In this document: positions 58,219 through 64,000 of the stretch, piece after piece
How positions within the stretch are numbered: position 1 is the stretch's first letter
How the letters are laid out: each line of letters opens with the position of its first letter
Source of the DNA: Desulfobacterales bacterium
GTDB lineage: Bacteria > Desulfobacterota > Desulfobacteria > Desulfobacterales > UBA2156
DNA: 64,000 nt
Reading direction: 5' to 3'
Assembly: GCA_011049715.1 (NCBI GenBank)
Contig: DRHF01000109.1
Span: 1,379 to 65,378 of the forward strand
Program-made: the position numbers and the translations under genes
Notes under the pieces: model-generated
Seen by the model: only the letters and a program-made list of their open reading frames with translations
Told to the model about the DNA's origin: nothing
The model's database searches: none

Positions 58219-58680
58219 GCTTATCAAACACGTAACCCGAATGCAAGCGCCTATTACCGCTGCGTCGAAGATCATTTTGAACAATTGGAAGCTGTCTGGG
58301 ACGACCGTTATCAGTGCCGCTTTGACTTTTGGCGATTTTCAAAATTTTTATCCCCATCTGCATATTCTCGCCACCGATGGCTGCTTTTACAACGATGCCG
58401 CCTTCATGGTATGCCCACCGCCTGATACCGGTGAACTTGAAAAGCTGTTGCGTTATGAAGTCTTCAAGATGCTTAAAGCGGAAGGCAAAATCACTGATGT
58501 CGTGATCGAAAACATGCTCAATTGGCATCATAGTGGCTTTAACGTTTATTGCGGCAAAACCATATGGCCGCACAATCAAGAGGGCCTGGAAAATCTGGCG
58601 CGCTATATTATTCGAGCCTCCTTTTCCCAGGAGCGCATGACATATGTTGCGGCACAGGATACATCCGACGGGATTGCCAA
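58219..58680 (+). pseudogene. IS91-family (Y2 HUH) transposase remnant with internal deletion
   Basis: One frame reads AYQTRNPNASAYYRCVEDHFEQLEAVWDDRYQCRFDFWR, another TFGDFQNFYPHLHIL...HSGFNV...LARYIIR; Zn-binding region and C-terminus missing. Confidence 0.85.
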
Positions 58681-58719
58681 AAGGGTTTTCATCTACCAAT
58701 TTCAACCGTGAACGGTTAC
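58681..58719. mobile_element. Isolated IS66-like terminal repeat
   Basis: Ends GTGAACGGTTAC, matching the reverse complement of the IS66 end at 25072 (GTGAACGTTTAC); sits where IS91 homology stops. Confidence 0.5.
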
Positions 58720-59206
58720 AAATCCGATTCCTTCTGACCAGCAATCCTTGAACCACGGTGGCCGGATACGGGATTTGTAAGGCAATGCCCTACAAAAAAA
58801 TCAGCCAAAACCTTACAGACAAATAAAATTCTTTGCTGTATAACTATGCATAAAGACTGAAGTTTCACCGTTTTTGAAGTCTTTTTATCTCTTAATTGTG
58901 CGGCTTGCCATGAAAGACATGATTTTTCCGTCGCACAGGCAAGACAACCGGAAAGCTGTGCCATTTGTCATAATACCGGGGGAGGGAGATCCGCAGATCG
59001 AGGCCTATAATATGTCGATGCACGGAACCACTTATCGCGCTAAAATCGATCAAATGAATCTCCATGATGCTCAATGGATTGTGGGTAGCGTTTTGCTCCA
59101 TTTTTCAAGCCCCGGAAAGGCCATTTCTAAGGGGTTTGGGGAAGGTCGATATTTTCTTGACATGAACGATTGTGTTGCAACCCGTCAATAATGGAGGGCA
59201 CAACCC

Positions 59207-60091
59207 ATGAAAAAAATTGCTATTGTTTTGATGTTATTATTTGTTGGCTTCTACCCTGTCAAGAGCTCAGCACAAAAAACAATTACCTGGCCAGAAGTCG
59301 ATTTTCCACCGTATGACATTCAGAGCGGACCTGACAAAGATAAGGGAATACTAAACGAAATTTTAATAATCATACAACAAGGCCTTTCCGAATATCAACA
59401 TGAGAGGGGAGATTTGATTAATTTTAACAGAATGTGGAAGCTATTACAACAAGGTGAAAAAATATGTTATCCAGGTGTCATGAGGTCACGTAATACTGAG
59501 AGCATTGGACACTTGTCAGTACCAGTGGGTGTCGCTCCATACATTCCAAGCTTTGTGTTCATCATAAAAAAAGACAAATCTCATCTTTTTGAAAATCAGT
59601 CTGTTCTCTCATTGAAGGATGTTTTAAAGAAATCCAACCTTCACTTGGGTATTGCCAGTCGTGGATATGGAAGTAGAATTAATGCTATTCTAGATAAACA
59701 AAAAGGAGAAAGCCACATCCATGTGAGATCAGGATCGGGTAATTTTTCTGCTCTCATGGAAATGTTGTTTAAGGATCGTCTTGACTATGTCTTAGGCTAC
59801 TCCCATGAAGCGGTGTACCAAGCCAAGTTGATGAACAGGGAAAACGAGATTTCCATTATCAATATAACAGAAACCGCTGGTGACGTTATAGTGGGGCGGG
59901 TAATTTGTCCTAAAACCGATTGGGGCCGTAAGATCATAAAGAAAAGCAATGCATTTCTGAAGAAAAAGCAATCCATTCAAAAAATTAGAGATATCGTCCT
60001 GAAATGGGTCAACCCAAAATTAAGGGAGGACTTTAGGAAGAAATTTGACGATGTTATCACAACCGATACGTGGACTTCTGTGGACCAATGA
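59207..60091 (+). CDS. Periplasmic substrate-binding-fold protein (TIGR02285-like)
   Basis: Signal peptide, TITW...DFPP, RGYG, MLFKDRLDYVLGY, CPKTDWGRKII; precedes a sensor kinase. Confidence 0.75.
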   Translation: MKKIAIVLMLLFVGFYPVKSSAQKTITWPEVDFPPYDIQSGPDKDKGILNEILIIIQQGLSEYQHERGDLINFNRMWKLLQQGEKICYPGVMRSRNTESIGHLSVPVGVAPYIPSFVFIIKKDKSHLFENQSVLSLKDVLKKSNLHLGIASRGYGSRINAILDKQKGESHIHVRSGSGNFSALMEMLFKDRLDYVLGYSHEAVYQAKLMNRENEISIINITETAGDVIVGRVICPKTDWGRKIIKKSNAFLKKKQSIQKIRDIVLKWVNPKLREDFRKKFDDVITTDTWTSVDQ

Positions 60092-60117
60092 ATGTCTCGA
60101 TATAGGAGTGTAGCATC

Positions 60118-62331
60118 ATGCTATTCTTATGGAAATCACAAAACCGTTTAGTATACAAGCTGATAGTAAGCATATTGCTCTTCAGTGGCACAATTACGGT
60201 CATTATAACGGCAATTCAATTATATGCTGAATACCGTAGAGACGTAAATGACATTGACGTATTCATTTCCAAGATCGAAAAAAGCTTTCTATCTCCTATT
60301 GCTTCGAGTCTATGGCATTTAGATATGCAATCAGTCAGGCTGCAGTTAGAAGGAATACTCCGTTTCAGGGACATTGAATACCTTGAGATTACAGAGGAAG
60401 GCAACAAAGTTGTCGTAGTTGGGAGCCCGCAAACCAAGCATGAGATCGTAAAAAGCATTCCTCTGATTTATAATTTCAAAAATCAAGACCGTGAAATTGG
60501 AAAGCTGACCGTTGCTGCAAGCCTATCAAGGATTTACTCTCGACTATTTGATAGAGCTATTTCCCTACTAATATCGCAAGGAATAAAAACCTTTTTGGTC
60601 TCGAGCTTTATCCTGATGATTTTTCATTTACTGGTCACCAGGCATCTGGGTTCAATAAATTTATATTTGAAGAGCTTAGATCTTAAAAACCTTCCACGAC
60701 CATTAAGGTTAAATCGTCGCGTTTCCACGAAACATGATGAATTGGATCAAGTGGTAGATTCGACGATTGAGATGGCCGTGAATCTCCATGAATCATATCA
60801 GACCATAAACACTGAGCTGGAATTGCGAAAACAAGCTGAGGATGAACTGCGGGAAAGTGAGGAGCGTTATCGTGCTCTGTTTGAAGACAATCCAATTGAA
60901 ACCATCGTTGTCGATAAGGATGCGCGTATCACGATGTACAATAAGGCCAAAAAAACATCCGGTGACAGGTTACCCCGAATTGGAGATGTGATGTACAGGG
61001 ATTATGCGGCAAGCCATCTCATCGATATGCATCAGGAATTGATGGAATGTATTAAGCGGGGAGAATCAAAAGACTTTTCGGATCAGGACTACAAAGGCAG
61101 ATTTCTTGACATCAAAATGTTTCCTTTTGAGGAAGGCGCTATAATTATTTCGATTGATCAGACCGAAAAAAAGAACCTGGAAGCCAAACTCCAACGTGCC
61201 CGGAAAATGGAGGCCATGGGTCTTATGGCAGGAGGCATTGCCCATGATCTGAACAACATCCTGTCAGGGATCGTAAGCTATCCGGGACTGCTCTTAATGG
61301 ATTTATCCGAAGACAGTCCGCTTCGAGAGCCTATCGAGACCATACAGGAGTCTGGCATGAGGGCTGCCGATGTGGTCTCGGATTTGATCACCATCGCCAG
61401 GGGGGTGGCTACCGGTAAAGACGTCCTAGATCTCAATACCTTGGTCGAAGAATATCTGGATTCTGCCGAGCACCAAAAGATAGAAAGTATCCATCCCCTG
61501 ATTACTTTCAAAACTGCGCTTGATTCCGAATTGTTGAATATCACTTGTTCGGCCTCTCACGTTAAAAAGATCCTGATGAATCTTGTAACCAATGCCTCGG
61601 AAGCCATTGATGGCGCCGGAACCGTCACCGTGGCGACCATAAACCAATATCTGGATGAACTCCTTAGGGGATATGAAGATGTGCGCACAGGTGAATATGT
61701 GGTACTGACCATATTGGATGATGGGTCCGGCATATCTTCTCAAGACCTGGATAGAATATTTGAGCCCTTCTATACCAAGAAAGTGATGGGTAGAAGTGGT
61801 ACAGGTTTGGGCCTTGCTGTTGTCTGGAATGCAATCCAAGATCATAATGGGTACATAGATGTGAGAAGCAGTAGGAAGGGGACCACTTTTGAGCTTTATT
61901 TCCCTGCGACAAGAAAGGCGTTGGCTCCCGAGAAAGAAGCGATCCCTCTGAAAGAATATCAAGGGCATGGAGAGAAGGTCCTGGTAGTTGATGATGAGGA
62001 GATGCAAAGGGAGATTGCTTGCCGGTTGCTGACCAGACTGGATTATACCGCTGACGCTGTCTCAAGCGGCGAAGAGGCCGTTGAATATCTGAAAGAAAAT
62101 CCCGTGGACTTGATCGTACTCGATATGGTCATGCCCAAAGGGCTCAACGGACGTGAGACCTACGAAGAGATAATAAAGATCCGTCCCGGACAGAAGGCGA
62201 TCATAGCGAGTGGGTATGTCAAGTCAAAAGAGGTAGACATGGCCCAGGAATTAGGGGCAGGCAAGTATATAAAGAAGCCGTATACCCTGGAAAAGGTTGG
62301 CCTCGCTGTTAAGGAAGAATTGGAAAAATAG
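60118..62331 (+). CDS. Hybrid sensor histidine kinase (2 TM, HAMP-like, PAS, kinase, receiver)
   Basis: AHDLNN, NLVTNA, FEPFYT, GTGLGL, VVDDE, LDMVMP. Confidence 0.95.
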   Translation: MLFLWKSQNRLVYKLIVSILLFSGTITVIITAIQLYAEYRRDVNDIDVFISKIEKSFLSPIASSLWHLDMQSVRLQLEGILRFRDIEYLEITEEGNKVVVVGSPQTKHEIVKSIPLIYNFKNQDREIGKLTVAASLSRIYSRLFDRAISLLISQGIKTFLVSSFILMIFHLLVTRHLGSINLYLKSLDLKNLPRPLRLNRRVSTKHDELDQVVDSTIEMAVNLHESYQTINTELELRKQAEDELRESEERYRALFEDNPIETIVVDKDARITMYNKAKKTSGDRLPRIGDVMYRDYAASHLIDMHQELMECIKRGESKDFSDQDYKGRFLDIKMFPFEEGAIIISIDQTEKKNLEAKLQRARKMEAMGLMAGGIAHDLNNILSGIVSYPGLLLMDLSEDSPLREPIETIQESGMRAADVVSDLITIARGVATGKDVLDLNTLVEEYLDSAEHQKIESIHPLITFKTALDSELLNITCSASHVKKILMNLVTNASEAIDGAGTVTVATINQYLDELLRGYEDVRTGEYVVLTILDDGSGISSQDLDRIFEPFYTKKVMGRSGTGLGLAVVWNAIQDHNGYIDVRSSRKGTTFELYFPATRKALAPEKEAIPLKEYQGHGEKVLVVDDEEMQREIACRLLTRLDYTADAVSSGEEAVEYLKENPVDLIVLDMVMPKGLNGRETYEEIIKIRPGQKAIIASGYVKSKEVDMAQELGAGKYIKKPYTLEKVGLAVKEELEK

Positions 62332-62365
62332 ACGGTTTTTGACCTACAGGTCGTTGGAGGATATC

Positions 62366-63982
62366 ATGAACAGACATTCACTTTCTTTATCTCACCTATT
62401 CCCCCTGATTCTTGTCATTGTTTTGCTGGGGAGTGGTCGCATATCCTATGGAGCAAGCGGCACGAGCTACCGTATTGATAAAGATACGGCAGGGCATATA
62501 GAAGTGACGGATCACATTCTCAATCTGAGTATCATCTCTAATGATCCCAACACGTACAAGGCTGAATACGAAGCCGGCTTCATTCAAGGAAGATTGCAAA
62601 AAGACCAGATCATCGCCACTCGGGACAATTTATGGGACTCAGCCTTTCTAACGGACCAGTCCCCGACCTTCGTCAAAAAAATCCCGCCGTCCGCTCAAGA
62701 AATCGTGGCGGCTAAGGCGGCTTTATTGGCCAACTACAATTACACTCTGGCCTATGTACAAAAAACAACCGACAAGAAACTGCAAACCAGACTTCAACGC
62801 TTGATGTACCGCTTACTAGGCATTTACCACGGCGCCAAACTCAAAACACCGGCAGTTCTCAAGTTTGGCAATGATGCCTTTCCCTTAGCGAGTTATTTTT
62901 CCAAAGAAGAGATGGTCCTCGCTTATGAAACACCTGCTCTCACCTTTATGGATATCTATTTTATTAACGGATTCATGGATCTGTTTGATGTGCTCGATAG
63001 TGAGCATCTTCCCAAGTGTTCCGCCTTTGTAAAGAAAACCGGGGATGACATTTTTATCACCCACAATTCCTGGATGAGTTTCCTCGATCAAAGTGGGGCC
63101 ACCACTTATTATATCAATGGGGATTATCTGACCGTTAATACAGCGTTCCCTGGATTTATCGGCTCGGCAACCGACTTTGGTTATAACAATAAGGGTATCA
63201 TGTTCAATGAGACCACACATCACGCTACCTTTACCAAGCCTAAAACTAATGCCCTGTGGATGTATTTAAGAGGTACTTTGGCGGAACAGTTTGCCAGCTC
63301 CTTGGATGAGTTTTATGAACTTGTATCTCTTGAAGCCTCGGGCACTTACATGAATGGCTACATGATTGTAGACACAAAAACCAAAGAGATCGGTATTGTG
63401 GAGATGTCGTACAAAAACTTTGTCTACTTCAAACCGGACGGGGCCAAGGGCTACCAAGTTATTACCAAACCTGAAGGCCTATCAAAAGAGTATGATAAAA
63501 AGCTCCTGCAACCGGACTACATCTTGGGCGTCAATTATCCTATCTCAAAACAAATTGCCAATGACCTCAAGGCGATTGACAATCGTCCGCTCCGGCGCAT
63601 CCAATTTATCGCTCAGATCGGCGGCGTCAAAGATATCGAGTCCGCTAAAAAGCTGATCACCTACACCGCCCCCAACGAGCCCTTGTCTATCTATGGCAGA
63701 TGGGATCTGGGCTATGGAACGACCCCCACTCCACGGACACTCCCCGATGGTGCTGCTGATGCCAAGGCCGTCTCCGCAAAAATGACATCCTATGTATCCA
63801 GCTTAAAAGGCGTCCTCGATTTAAAATCAAAAAATCACGCTTTTTGGATGAAGCTTGGCTCGGCAAAGATAAAGGGCAAACCTTTTATTTGGAGCCAATC
63901 CAAGTGGAAGGGTCAAAAGCTTAGGGACGTCCCCGATGCTATCGATGGGAACTTTCACTACTTGAATACTTACATTAATTAA
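62366..63982 (+). CDS. Secreted Ntn-hydrolase, phospholipase-B-like
   Basis: Signal peptide, AGFIQG, KCSAFVK (nucleophile Cys), HNSW, NETT, SGTYMN.YM, RWDL...GAADAK; ATG behind GGAGG. Confidence 0.75.
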   Translation: MNRHSLSLSHLFPLILVIVLLGSGRISYGASGTSYRIDKDTAGHIEVTDHILNLSIISNDPNTYKAEYEAGFIQGRLQKDQIIATRDNLWDSAFLTDQSPTFVKKIPPSAQEIVAAKAALLANYNYTLAYVQKTTDKKLQTRLQRLMYRLLGIYHGAKLKTPAVLKFGNDAFPLASYFSKEEMVLAYETPALTFMDIYFINGFMDLFDVLDSEHLPKCSAFVKKTGDDIFITHNSWMSFLDQSGATTYYINGDYLTVNTAFPGFIGSATDFGYNNKGIMFNETTHHATFTKPKTNALWMYLRGTLAEQFASSLDEFYELVSLEASGTYMNGYMIVDTKTKEIGIVEMSYKNFVYFKPDGAKGYQVITKPEGLSKEYDKKLLQPDYILGVNYPISKQIANDLKAIDNRPLRRIQFIAQIGGVKDIESAKKLITYTAPNEPLSIYGRWDLGYGTTPTPRTLPDGAADAKAVSAKMTSYVSSLKGVLDLKSKNHAFWMKLGSAKIKGKPFIWSQSKWKGQKLRDVPDAIDGNFHYLNTYIN

Positions 63983-64000
63983 TTGTAACTGCCCAGCGTA

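Noticed and set aside
58874-59191. 105-aa ORF upstream of the binding-protein gene
   Set aside because: No recognisable domain or RBS; probably spurious.

Overview
64-kb chromosomal window, most likely from a sulfate-reducing deltaproteobacterium (Desulfobacterales-like; inferred from gene content, not from a marker gene). Left: housekeeping genes (5' end of lptE, leuS, pgpA, lepB, pyrC). Then a sigma-54 activator (PilR-like) and two tandem type IVa pilins. These are followed by a ~35-kb surface-glycan island: three TMTC-like GT-C/TPR proteins, a Dpm1-like GT2, two more GT-C proteins, GT2/GT4 enzymes, four methyltransferases, a Wzx flippase and a VioA-like aminotransferase. The island also holds an AT-rich cassette encoding an LpxD-like acyltransferase, an ACP, LuxE and LuxC without luxAB. 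It is interrupted by a dead IS66 with a nested IS200, three VapBC-type TA modules and several gene scars. Right: iorAB-paaK, two histidine kinases, and a 2-oxoacid oxidoreductase operon whose delta subunit carries a GltD/NfnB-like flavoprotein insert. The window ends with IS91/IS66 remnants, a periplasmic-binding-protein/hybrid-kinase pair and a phospholipase-B-like Ntn hydrolase. Two MITE families each occur twice with clean target-site duplications. No rRNA, tRNA or CRISPR array was seen. Best candidates for undescribed systems: (1) lipid-linked, TMTC-type glycosylation of pilins, and (2) a LuxC/LuxE/ACP glycan-acylation cassette. All family calls come from motif recognition by eye; no database searches were run.
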